From: Chiloscyllium plagiosum
Lineage: Eukaryota
Direction of reading: 5' to 3'
Assembly (NCBI RefSeq): GCF_004010195.1
Contig: NC_057737.1
Location: forward strand, 7,886,799 to 7,950,798
Length of the DNA stretch: 64,000 nucleotides
In this document: positions 35,964-47,359 of the stretch, piece after piece
How positions within the stretch are numbered: position 1 is the first letter of the stretch
Layout of the letters: each line of letters starts with the position of its first letter
Program-made: the position numbers and the translations under genes
Notes under the pieces: model-generated
Seen by the model: only the letters and a program-made list of their open reading frames with translations
What the model was told of the DNA's origin: nothing
Database searches by the model: none

Positions 35964-38900
35964 AAAGTCCATAAAGAATTTGGGAGAATTTTCTTTGTCC
36001 GTTCTGTGGAGTTGACGGTTGGTGAGGTGGTTCTGGGATGAGTGTAGATGAATTCCCACTCCTGGGAGTTTTGAGGTCAGCAGTCAGTGACTCAGCCTTG
36101 TCTGACTGTAGGAGAGCTCAGTTGGGGGGGGGGTGTGGGGGTGAAGGGAATTCCTGAGCTCAGCTTCTGCAGGCGTGTTTCTCATCAGCACCCCTGCAAG
36201 GCCCACCTCCCCCACTGGGATTACAGAGCCAGCTAGTCTCGGTGACAGCAGCAAGGTTTGTGGAATCACATCCCCGTTTTGGCCTGGTTCCTTATGTCAT
36301 ATTGACAGCTGTGTTACAACAAGGTAGCTCACCACCACATTCTGAAGAGCATGTAAACGGTGGGCAATAAAAGCTGTCCCAGTCAGCAATGCCTGTGTCC
36401 CATGAATAACATAAAAACAAATGTGCATTTAAATTTCTGAATGACCAGAAGATTTGGTCTGTCTTGTAATGGTTGCAAGGATCTGGCATCAGTAAAGGCC
36501 ATGCTTTTCTCTCCAACTTAATTCTCTCACTAACAAGGCAGCTTTGTGACCTTAGCCATTACTGCTGTCCAGTTAACTTTCCTTCACTTGTTGATGGGGT
36601 TTCAGCATTGCTGGCTGGGCCCACCTGTATTACCCATCCCTTATAGTCCTGGAGAAGGTGGTGGCGATCAAGACCAGGGACAGAAAAATGATAGCCTCCA
36701 ATGAAACCTCTCAACATTGCCCTCCTTGGAGTCCTGGACCCTAATTGTTGGGTCCCGATGTATCCCTTCTCCTGAGACTTAGCGCTAAGTTGTCCTCTTG
36801 GAACTGTTGCAGCTGTTGACACAGAGGAACAACCTGTAGGGAGGGGCTCTAAGGACCTGGGCCCAGTGATCATTCAAGGAACTGTATTAAAATAGCTAGG
36901 GTTCTGTTGATGTAAAGAAAGAACTGTAGACATTGGAAATTTGAAACAAAAACAGAGATTGCTGGAAAAACTCTGCAGGTCTGGCAGCATCTGTGCAGAG
37001 AGAAAAATGGAGTTAATGTTTTGAGTCCAGTGGGCCTTTTTCACAGCTGAGTTTTCCAGCAGTTTCTGTTTTTGGGTCGTATTAATATTTGACTCACTTT
37101 ACGATAGGGAATATTGTGGCACAGTGGATGAAACTAACTGAACATGTGGAGGTAACAAACCTTTTTGTCCTAGAATGACGACAATTAATTACTCCATCCT
37201 CCCTGTGATTTGGCTGCCTGTTGTAAAAACGTTACAGTAATCACCTTGTAAATTGAGAATGGTGGGGTTAGTCTTCTGCAAAGCTCAAATGGACCTATTA
37301 TATCAGCAAAAAGCATTATCCTCAGAAGGCTTCCAACAGACTGCTGAAAGCCAAGTTTAAAAAACACTTTTTATTTGCATAAAAATAAACAACTTTATGT
37401 AAAACAGCTACCGAGTTGGATTAATTTAAAGTTGTAATACAACGCCGACACTGCTGTTAGCAAAACACTGAAATTCTGTAGCAAAAACGGAAATTGCTGG
37501 AGAAACTCAGCAGGTCTGGCAGCATCTGTGGAGAGAGAAAAATAGAGTTAATGTTTCAAGTCCAGCGATCCTTCTTCAGAATTGGAATTCTTTGTAAATT
37601 TTGCAAAGCTCTACTTCTACTGGTGCCTTGTTCTGTTTGAACGAAATTTGTTTTTGTTGTTTAGTATTGTGCATATCTTTTCATCAATGAAATTTAAAGA
37701 GCCAAGGGCTGAGTGTGGGATACCTTCAAGGCTTGGATATGATGATTCAGACAAAAGGTGCCTTCAAATAATAATTTGTCTGTTTAAAAATCTCTCATGA
37801 TTGTTACATGGCCTGAAAGGATGATGGAAGCAAACTGAACAATAATTTTCAAGAAGAGAAATTGAATGAATACTTAGAGGAAAGGGTTACCAGCCTGTGG
37901 AGAGACGCAACAGAACCAAATTTTATAAAGGTTTTTTTTTCATTCATTCACAGGATGAGGTGCCACATGCAAGGCCATTTATTGCTTGTCCCAAATTGCC
38001 CATGAGACGGTCAGCTTTGTTGGTGAACTGCTACATTCCTTATGATATATAATCTCCCCCCCCCCCCTTGCAGCATTACAGGATTTTGACCCAGTGACAC
38101 TGAAGGACTGGTAATATATTTCCATGTCAGAATGGTGAGTGGCTTAGAGGGGAATTTGCAAGTAGTGGTGTTCCCATGCATCTGCTGCCCTTCTAATTGG
38201 TAGCTATTGAAGGAGCTTTGACAATGTTGTTGCAGTGTAACGTGTAGATGGTACACATTGCACGTAAGTAATGGAAGGAGTGAACATTGAAGCTGGAGGA
38301 TGGGATGACGAGTGGGCTTGATGGTGTCAAGCTTCTTGAGTTCTTTTTGGAACTGTACCCATCTAGACAAATGGGATGTATTCCATCACACTCCTGACGT
38401 GTGTGGATGGTGGACAGGTTCAGCGGCATAATCTCATAATCATAAAACAAACCAATATTGAAAAAGTGTTGTCATTTAAATCCACAGGACAATACCTCCT
38501 TTCAAAATGTGCCCAAAAAATTACTCTATACTTTAAGATTGTGGAGTTGGTACAGTTCTGATCTCATTTGTTATTGGTTGGGGAAGTGGAGTGGGATTGT
38601 GCCAGGTTCATACTAAGTAAAAAGTTACTGCATTTCTGTAGCACCTTTCGTGACTACAGAACGTTTCAAACCGCTTTACGACTAATGAAATACATTTTGA
38701 AGTGTAGCCGCAGGTGTAATGTAGGAAGTAAAGCAGCCAGCTTCCTATAAAAGGTAAGATCCTCAAATGTCATAGAATCCCTACAGTACCACGGTCCAGA
38801 TCAATGATGGGAACCTGGTGATGGACAGTTGTTTTGCAGTTTATTAATCAAAGGTGGAAGTACAGAGATCGATGGGTAAAAGTCCTGACTTCGACTTCTG

Positions 38901-39004
38901 TTCCATGCATGTACGACAAATTGTGCTTTATATTAACAGAAATAAGAAACTACTCTCGTGCATGAGCTGTTTAGAATAAAATTATCATTAGTAAAACCAA
39001 AACA

Positions 39005-39310
39005 CATTCCTACAGTGTGGAAGCAGGCCATTGAGTCCATGCCCACCCTCTGAAGACCATCCCACCCATATCCACCTTCCTACCCTATCCCTATAACTCT
39101 CCTTTTCCCATGGCCAATCCATCCATCCTGTACATCACTGGACACTACAGACAATTTAGCACGGCCAATCCATCTAACCTGCATACCTTTGGACTGTGGG
39201 AAGAAACACACGCAGATACGGGTGAATGTGCAAACTCCACACAGACAGTTGCTCGAGGCTGGGCTCAAAGCCAATGTGAGACAGCAGTGCTAGCCACTAT
39301 GCCACCCGCA
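39005..39310 (-). mobile_element. Diverged HE1-like V-SINE
   Basis: V-domain and head on the minus strand. Confidence 0.8.
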
Positions 39311-40039
39311 GTTTTTTGTGATATTGATTGAAGAACAGGTATTGGCTGGGACACCGGGAATAACTCCCCTGCCCTCCTTTCGATTCTATTATGAGCTATT
39401 TTACGTCCACATGATGAAAAGACAGGTGGGAACTCAGGTTGATGTGTTGGCTGAAAGATACAGTCGCTGGGAATGTCAACATTGAATTTTACACTGAAGT
39501 TCTGAGTGTTGAATGCACATCAGTTCTGGTCACCACATCACAGTAAGAATATGACCACTGTGGACAAAGTAGAGGAGATTGACAAAAGTGATGCAGGAAT
39601 AGAGAATTTTCACTCTGAACAAAGGCTGCGATTGTTTGTTTAGAACACAGGAGACTGAGAATGATTTCCTTGAGGTGTTTCTTAAGCAAAAAAATGAGCT
39701 GTAATTACAGAATGGGTAGGAATGACACGTTTTCTTTTAGCTAATAATTGGGGGGGGGCTCACATTTTAAGAAATTGGAGGGAGGATTGAGCTGTTTTTT
39801 TTCCAAGCAGAGGGACTCTGGAACTGCTTGAAAGAGTAGCCACCCTCATCTCATTTAAAAGAAAAAAAGTCCTGGGTTGAAGTACTGAAATGGGCTCAGC
39901 ATTGGGAATTTCAATGGATCATGTTTGGGCTGGACTGGATATAATGGCCAGAATGGCCTTCCATCAGCATTTTCTTTTTGACTGTGTGGGCCATGCGGAT
40001 CACACGTGTGGAACCTTGGAGCGGCTGCTTAGAGGGAGT

Positions 40040-42550
40040 ATGGTCATAGAACAGTACAGCGTGGGAGAAGGCCATTTGACCCATGATGTTGTGTCGAACA
40101 TGACAACAAATTAAACTATTCGCTTCTGCCTGCCCTTTTTCCATATCCCTCCATTTCTTGCATATTCATGTGCTCATCAAAAAGTTCCTGAAAGTACCTT
40201 AATCCGCCTCCACCACCACCCTCGGCAGTCCATTCCAGCCTCCTACCATTCTGTGTAAAAAGAAAACCTGCCCCATAACATCTCCTTTGAACATCTTCCC
40301 CCTCTCACCTTAAATGCATGCTCCCTAATTTTAGACATTTCAACTCGGGGGAAAAAGATTCTGACTGTCAACCCTATCTATGCAACTCATAATTTTATAC
40401 ACTTCTACCAACACTCCCTCCAACCTCTGCCATTCTGGAGAAAACAACCTGAGTTTTTCTAGCCTCTTCCAGGCTCTAAATCCTCTTTCGATGTCATAAA
40501 GAATAAAAGGGGATGAGGTGGACATTCCTCCAAGATACCCACATTCTGGCCTCTTGCACATTCCAAATTGTAATTGTCCCACTGCCAAAGGCCATCCTTC
40601 CAGTTGCCCGGGGCTCCCAACTTCTGGAATACTCTCCCAATGCCTCTTCATCTCTCTGCCTTGATTAGTTCCTTTTAAGATACTTCATTAAACCTTCTTG
40701 TTTGACCAAGCTTTTAGCCATCTGTCCTCGTAGATCCCCGGGGTGAAATTAAAACGGAAAATGCTGGAGAAATTCAGTAGGTGGCGCAGCAGCTGATGAG
40801 TTCAAAAAGAGGCTGATACCAAATATGGAGAATCTGTCTGTTTGATGAGGAGAAATTGAATAGATTGGGCCTATCCTCATCAGAATTTAGAAAAATGAAA
40901 GCGATCTTAGAGGTCTTGACAGGGTTGGGATGGAGGGAGAGTCTCGGATCAGACAGCATAATCCTCAGAATAAGGGATTGCAGACTTAATTCACAGATGA
41001 GGAGTAATTTCTTCTCTCAGGGTTGTGAATCTGTGGAATTCTTTACCACAGAGGGCCATCGAGGCTGGGTTGTTAAGTGTATTCAAGGAATCTAGGGTTA
41101 TGGGAGAAAGGCAGGAAAGTGGAGTTGAGGATTATCAGATTAGCCTTGATCTCATTGAATGGTGAAGTAGACCGAATGGGCTGTATGGCCTAATTCTCCT
41201 CTCTCATGGTCTTTTGGCTTGGTGTTATATAAAATAAACTGCTGGAGGAGGTGCTGTGACTAACAGGATAACCAGCCAAAGTAGGGTCTATTGGGTGGGG
41301 AGGAGAGATGGGTTGCATAGATAGGATGAGCCCAATGGCCTCTTTTCTGTACATTTCCATTTTTTTCATTCATTGACGGGATGTGGGCATCACTGGATAA
41401 GCAGACGTTTATTGTTTTCAAGCCCCCTTGAAACGAATGCTTACACTGTATTTGCCTTCCTAACTGCTAACTGAACCTGCATGTTAAACTTAAGAGAATC
41501 CTGAACTAGGATTCCTGAATCTCTTTATGCTTCAGATTTCTGAAACATTTTACCATTTAGAAAATTGTCTCCACCTCTATTATTCCATCTGCCACTTCTT
41601 TGCCCACTCTCCTAGCCTGTCCACCACCTTATGCAGCCTCCCTGCTTCCTGAATATTACCTGCCCCTCCATCTATCTTTGTGTCATTGCCAAACTTAGCG
41701 ATAATGCCCTCAGTTCCTTCATCAAGATTGTTATTGGGTAACATTAATAGTTGTGATTCTGGATTTTTATTGAACTAAAGTTCCACTGCCTGTCATGCAG
41801 GATTTGAACACTATCCCCAGAACGTTATCTGGGTCTCTGTGTGAGGAACATAAGAACAGGAGTAGGCCATTCAGCCCCTTGAGCCTGTCCTGTCACTCAT
41901 TCAGATCCTGGCTGATTTGTGGCTTAACTCAATATATCTGCCTTTGATCCAGAATCCTGAACACATTTGCTAAAGACAAATATATCTATTTCAGATTTAA
42001 AATGAACAATTGCCTGCATTAACTGCTGTTTGTGGAAGAGAGTTCCAAACCTCTACCATCCATTGTGTGTAGAAGTGCTTCCTTATATCTCTCCCAAACG
42101 GTCTGGCCCTAAGTTTTAGACTACACTCCCTAGAATCCCCAACCAGTGAAAATAGTTTATCTACCCTGTCTGACAAATTGTTAAGTGGTAATACCACTTG
42201 GCTATCACCTGTCAATAATCATGTTGCTATGAAAGGATGTTTCCTTGCGGTGGGTAATCTCGAAGTAGAGGTCATAATTTTAGGTAAGAGTTAGCAGATT
42301 TAAAATTGATGAGGAGAAATTTTTTCTCAAAGAATCATGAATTTGTGGAATCATCTGCTTCAGAGTGCGGTTGACGCTGTGACATTGAGTAAATTTAAGG
42401 AGGAGATAGTTTTTTAATTTGTAATGGGTTGAAGGGATAGGGCGAGCAGGCAGGAAAGTGGTGATGAGGCTAAGATCAGCTATGATTGTATTAAATGGTG
42501 GAGTGGGCATGAGGGGCTGAATGGCCTACTCCTGCTCCCAGTTCTCATGT
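40040..42550. mobile_element. Cluster of CR1-clade LINE 3' fragments (40040-40470 -, 40815-41210 +, 41845-42170 -, 42230-42550 +)
   Basis: RLEKLRLFS, NRLGLSSSEFRKM and FYTQ..VEVWNSLP motifs, plus shared AATGGCCTACTCCTG tails. Confidence 0.8.
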
Positions 42551-43275
42551 GTTGCTAAGGTGTACATAGTGAGAAGGAGGACAAGGCCATTGTGTCCTTC
42601 TCTTTGGCTAGTCCATTGTCCCCATTGGAGGGGATGGTGGTCCCTTTAACAGTTGTTACTCAAACTCCTTACATAAGGGACGGAAGTGACGCACAGGCAG
42701 AGGTACGTCACAGACAGGGTCCATCTCTACAAAACAACAAATCATTGCACATTCAATATCTTTATTGAACACAGAGGCACCCAACCAACCAACCACTCTC
42801 ATTGTTGCAGATCCCCATCAGGATGGAATTGTTGTCTGACTCTATCATGTCTCTCCACTGGACTCAAGGGGACATTGAGACCCATTGACTTGTTTCCTAT
42901 TTTGGGGATTGAGGGGGGAACTACTTCGCAGGCGGCGGAGGAGCGCGGGCGGAGCGCGCCCGTGTAAACAAACCCGGCGGAGGGATACGCGTGCGGCTGG
43001 TGAGGCCGTCCGGCGGAGGGAGAAACGAAAACCGTTAGCGTCCGCAGGTGGGGGTGGACTCCTCACGCCGCGGAAAAAAAAAACAAAACCCCGTCCCCCT
43101 CACCCACCCACAGTGGGGGCTGGCAAGCCTTGAGGGCCAGTTCTATCCCTCCGTTCTGTGAAGTTGGGAGGGGGTCTGTGGAAGCGCTCGGAAAGGGAGA
43201 GAAAAGGGCGCACTGTTTGCACGAGGGTGCAGGGAGACGGTGTTGGGGGGGGGACGGGGGAAGGTGCTGCGGCGC

Positions 43276-43311
43276 TATATAAAGCGTGCTGCGGCGGCTG
43301 GCTCCTTCAGT
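43276..43311 (+). promoter_or_regulatory. TATA box (TATATAAAG 43276-43284) plus initiator-like TCAGT (A at 43309)
   Basis: Canonical ~31-33 nt TATA-to-Inr spacing inside the CpG island. Confidence 0.6.
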
Positions 43312-43723
43312 CCGGGTCGTCGTCAGCGGCGGCGGGAAGTTAGGGGGGGGGAGGGAAAATATATAATAACAAAAAAAACCCAGCCCCCCTCCCCGCTACC
43401 ATGACAAAAGAAACAATAAAAACACCGTAGCAACACCACAGGGTTGGGGGTGGGATAGGGTGTATTTTTGTTTTTTGTAGAGAAAGCACCGTCACTTCAG
43501 ATAACCGCCCGCTTTTATTTTTATATATATATATGTTTATAAGTCTACGCTCTATTTAATGCTAAGTATGCGCAGGAATCGGACTCCGGTGGAGTGGGAT
43601 TATGCTGCTGCTGCTTCAGCTGGTTGTCCCGAGGAGCTGCTGCTGTTGTTGCTGTTGTTGCTGCTGGCCTTCGCTGGGGGAGTCGGTATCTGCCGTGCGA
43701 CTAACTCTCTGAGGGAGGGAGAC

Positions 43724-43765
43724 ACCGTGACCCTGACCCTGACCGTGACCCTGACCGTGACCCTG
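43724..43765 (+). repeat. Hexamer tandem repeat (ACCSTG)7 in the ULK2 5' leader
   Basis: ACCGTG ACCCTG ACCCTG ACCGTG ACCCTG ACCGTG ACCCTG. Confidence 0.9.
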
Positions 43766-43854
43766 CCAGCGGCGGCACCACCGCCCCCCGACTCGTCACT
43801 CACCGCTCTCCTGTCGCCCCCTCTCTCCTCTTAGCCCCGCCGTTCCTGCCGGTT

Positions 43855-43944
43855 ATGGAGGTGGTGGGCGATTTCGAGTACAACAGGAAAGATCTCATAG
43901 GACACGGAGCCTTTGCTGTGGTCTTTAAAGGCCGCCACAGGAAG
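43855..43944 (+). CDS. ULK2: ULK2 exon 1 coding part ([30 protein letters not shown])
   Basis: Kinase glycine-rich loop GHGAFAVV. The MEVVGDFEY start is ULK2-type. Donor AAG|GTAATG. Confidence 0.93.
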
Positions 43945-46900
43945 GTAATGAGGGGATGGGGATGTGTCTGAGCGTTTTGTTTTTAAATGTGTTAGTGTTT
44001 GTGTGTATAATTTCGCTTCACGACGCGGGGTGGACTTGTTTGCATTGCGCGCAAACTTGTGAGCTCTTCTCTCAGGCACGGTTTGGAGATGCCACTGTTG
44101 GACTGGGGGGCGCGCGCAAAATAAAACAAAAATCACACGACGCCAGGTTTAGTTGTGTGATTTTTAAAACAAATCTTTCTCGGGTTGTCCCAGACGAGCT
44201 CTGCCACAAATGCAAGCTTTTTTTGTGCGGTGGCTGGCTTGTAATAATAGTAGCCTTGAGGAGGTGCATGCCTGTTACATGTTTGCTGCAAGTGCACCCA
44301 CACTCACTTGGCTCTGCCAGTAGGTGTTGTTGACTGCTTTTTTGCTGGCATGCTCTTTTTTTGTTTGGAAGTTAACCGTTACCTGTATCTGTCGCTGCCT
44401 CTCAAGTGGTGCACTGTATCTAAAACACAATAGATAACAATTTGCTAACATGAGCTGGACTTCTCACACCCTTCTGAAATCCAGGCAAACGTTTCCTTTT
44501 AGTACAGGACAGCATATTTGGTTTTTCTTCTGGATTGTCTCCAGCTCTGTTAAAATGGACAAGGTCTTTCATGATTAAATGAAAAGCCTCTTTGACATTG
44601 GTGGTTGGAGATTCGTTTGGATTACAGCTGGACATGTCATATTGTGACAGATTGTGGAAATCTCATAGCCTTTTCTTTGTCACTGTGAAAGATGTTTTTC
44701 ATGTTTGTCTACTGAAGTTGATCTCTGCTTCCTGAAGTACTTTCTGTAGCATATATTCGCAGTAGCCTGTATTAGCATCTTGGTGTCTGTTTGGATCTCT
44801 GAATGTTCCACCTTGCAAAAGTCGGCACTTTGTTGCTGCTTTCCAATACCATCGGGGAGGTCCAAGCCTGTTCCCAGCTGAGTAGATGCCAGGACTGCCT
44901 TCATGAATCTCTAACAATCCTGGGTTTGAGGGATAGGAGCATTCGAGATCCCTTACCAGTTACTAAAATCTAACCATTGATGCTGGGATTCACTATTATT
45001 GAGATGATTGGAACCCAAAATCAGTGTGATGACTGACCGTCAATAGTTTTGCTAGTTTTTAATCTACCATTGATTTTGGAGAGGATATTAAATACAAATG
45101 ATTATTATTTTTAAAAAGTTCTCATTTTGACCTAAGGGAACCACTGGTGCTGGGATGTGGCTTAAATGGTAGCCTCAGATACCTCCCCAAATAACAATTC
45201 TTATCTTTGACAGTATTGTCAGGATAACAACAGAAGAAAATACTGAAGGAACTTCACACCTTTAGAGGAAGTTGCAATTTGAATTTTGAGTTCCGTGTGA
45301 TTGTTTTGGACCCCAAGGAATCTGTAATCAATTATTGCACTGTCACTACTCTAGTTTAGGTATCCAGGGCAGACCAAAGACTGACCCTGGGATTCAACTA
45401 GGCCATCAATCTCTTCATTGAAAGATTTCTGGCCATATAGGTTTATCTATTCAAGTTATTGGGGGTCACATTTTTTCCTGTTTTTAATTTGTTTCTATGT
45501 CATTTGTTTCTACATAGATATCTGTTTCTAAGTACAAGGCCAGTAATGCTTCCATCAGCTTGTGTGTTAAATATAATGAGAATGGCGTGTGATGTTCCAA
45601 CTTTGAATTTCTTTGTTTCGGCTGAACTTGAGCAGGGATTGCAGGATCTGTACTTTCCTCCACTTGTGTATTAGTACACAAATCTAATGTATTATTTAGC
45701 TTTGTCTAGATGAATTTTGATTTTATACTCGGAAGTTTTCAGCAGTATGGTGTTTATATAATTTGAGGAACACTAACATGATTTTAGCAAGGTCTGTAAA
45801 ATTGATATTTGAGGAAGGATCCAATGAGCTGGTGCACGTGAACTTGCATGATTGTCGGATGTGCACGTGTTGAGCTCCGTCTTTGTAGTGGAAAGATGCC
45901 AGAGAGAAACAGTTGTCACTTATTAAGCCCCATGATATTGGAAATGCATACATTTTAAGGAGTGCAGCCAATATATCCACACAAACAACATGTTAGATGA
46001 TTGAAGGTTTAATAGTGTTGTGCTTGGGTGAAGAATGTTGAACATGCTATTGTTAGAACTCTGTTACGGTTGATTTGATTCAAGGTTGTTTTATGACCAT
46101 TTGTATCATTATATCAGATAGATGCAACCTTAATTTAGAATACTATGCAAAATACAGTCCTCCTAACAATGTAGGAGTATACTGCCTAGTGTAACCTTGG
46201 CTTAAGTATGTATCAGATACTTGGATTGATGACTGAATCCACAATTAAGAAATAAGGGTTCTGACAACTGAGCCAAGCTGATGTTTGTGAGGCATTTGCA
46301 GAGACTTGTCATATAATTGTTTGTGCGTGTTTTACAATATCAGTGGTAGTGACATGAAAGCATATTGTCCCCCATTGTGTGACTTAAAAGGCAAGTAGAG
46401 GGATTTATTTCAATGCAAGTCAGTGTAAGGTTTCTCATTAGTAAAATGCCTCTTCTTCCAGCATTATCTGTCCCAGTTAATTGGGATAGAAATAATTGAA
46501 GAATTGGCTTGGGGCTGAATTCCTGCTGCTGCAGCCCCTGATAACTGTTCCTTTGTTCTGATAACTTCACAGGAATGCCACTTTTGAAAATAGAACAAGA
46601 ATGGTTGTAACTCTTTTCTTCACAGGTTCTGTTTCAATTGAGAGCATCTGATGCAGGAATAATTTACCTTGGTTTAGCCTTGGTTAGTTTTTTGAAAGGT
46701 TTTGGTTATTTTAGATCGATAGCAATGATGATCCTCACCACATGTCCTTGTGTAATCACTAGTACTTCACTCAGTTTTCCCGGATAATGACTTTTTGCTC
46801 CTGAAATGTTGTTCATTCAGAGCTGAATGCTCTTGAGCCAAATTCCCTTTTGAGTGCTATGTAAAAGATCTGCTTGGGTTCAGATTACACGTAGCAAGGA

Positions 46901-47359
46901 CAAATTTGCTTATCTATTATCTGTCAATATTACAGTTCGTTTGCAAGGTCAGTTTAGCATGGGAACAAAGAAATGGCATTGCAGTCTTTAGTACTGCAGT
47001 GACTGGGAAACATAATTCTCTCCTTGTGCAGAATTACTTTTCTAAAATAGACTTGTTTTGTAACCCTTTGTTTGTCTCCCAATGCACCTTGCTATAAGAG
47101 TCCTGAATTGCTCTTGTCTGAGTCTAGGAAAAGGATGAACTACACCAGTGTGCAACATTGTGTTAGCAATAACAGACTTTGTTCACAAGAATTAAAGTCA
47201 CTTGAGTTCAATTTTCCCGGAGTGCAGAGGGTTTATCAGCCATGTCACTGGGGCAGTTAGATGAATTTGGAACAGAATCGGCTGTGCTAGAAGCGAAGGT
47301 CAGTGCTTCTGCTTCTTTAAGAATGTTCAGCTTTCTTTGTTCTGATACATACAAATGTA

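Larger units (their letters stand above)
42920..44120. promoter_or_regulatory. CpG island / promoter of ULK2
   Basis: Sharp rise in GC and CpG content around the first exon, with G-rich runs and GC boxes. Confidence 0.85.

Noticed and set aside
42845-43343. Arg/Ala/Gly-rich ORFs on both strands at the CpG island
   Set aside because: Expected by-product of high GC content, with no homology.
44420-44917. Minus-strand ORFs in ULK2 intron 1, vaguely gag-like
   Set aside because: No recognisable motif or LTRs, so a call cannot be supported.
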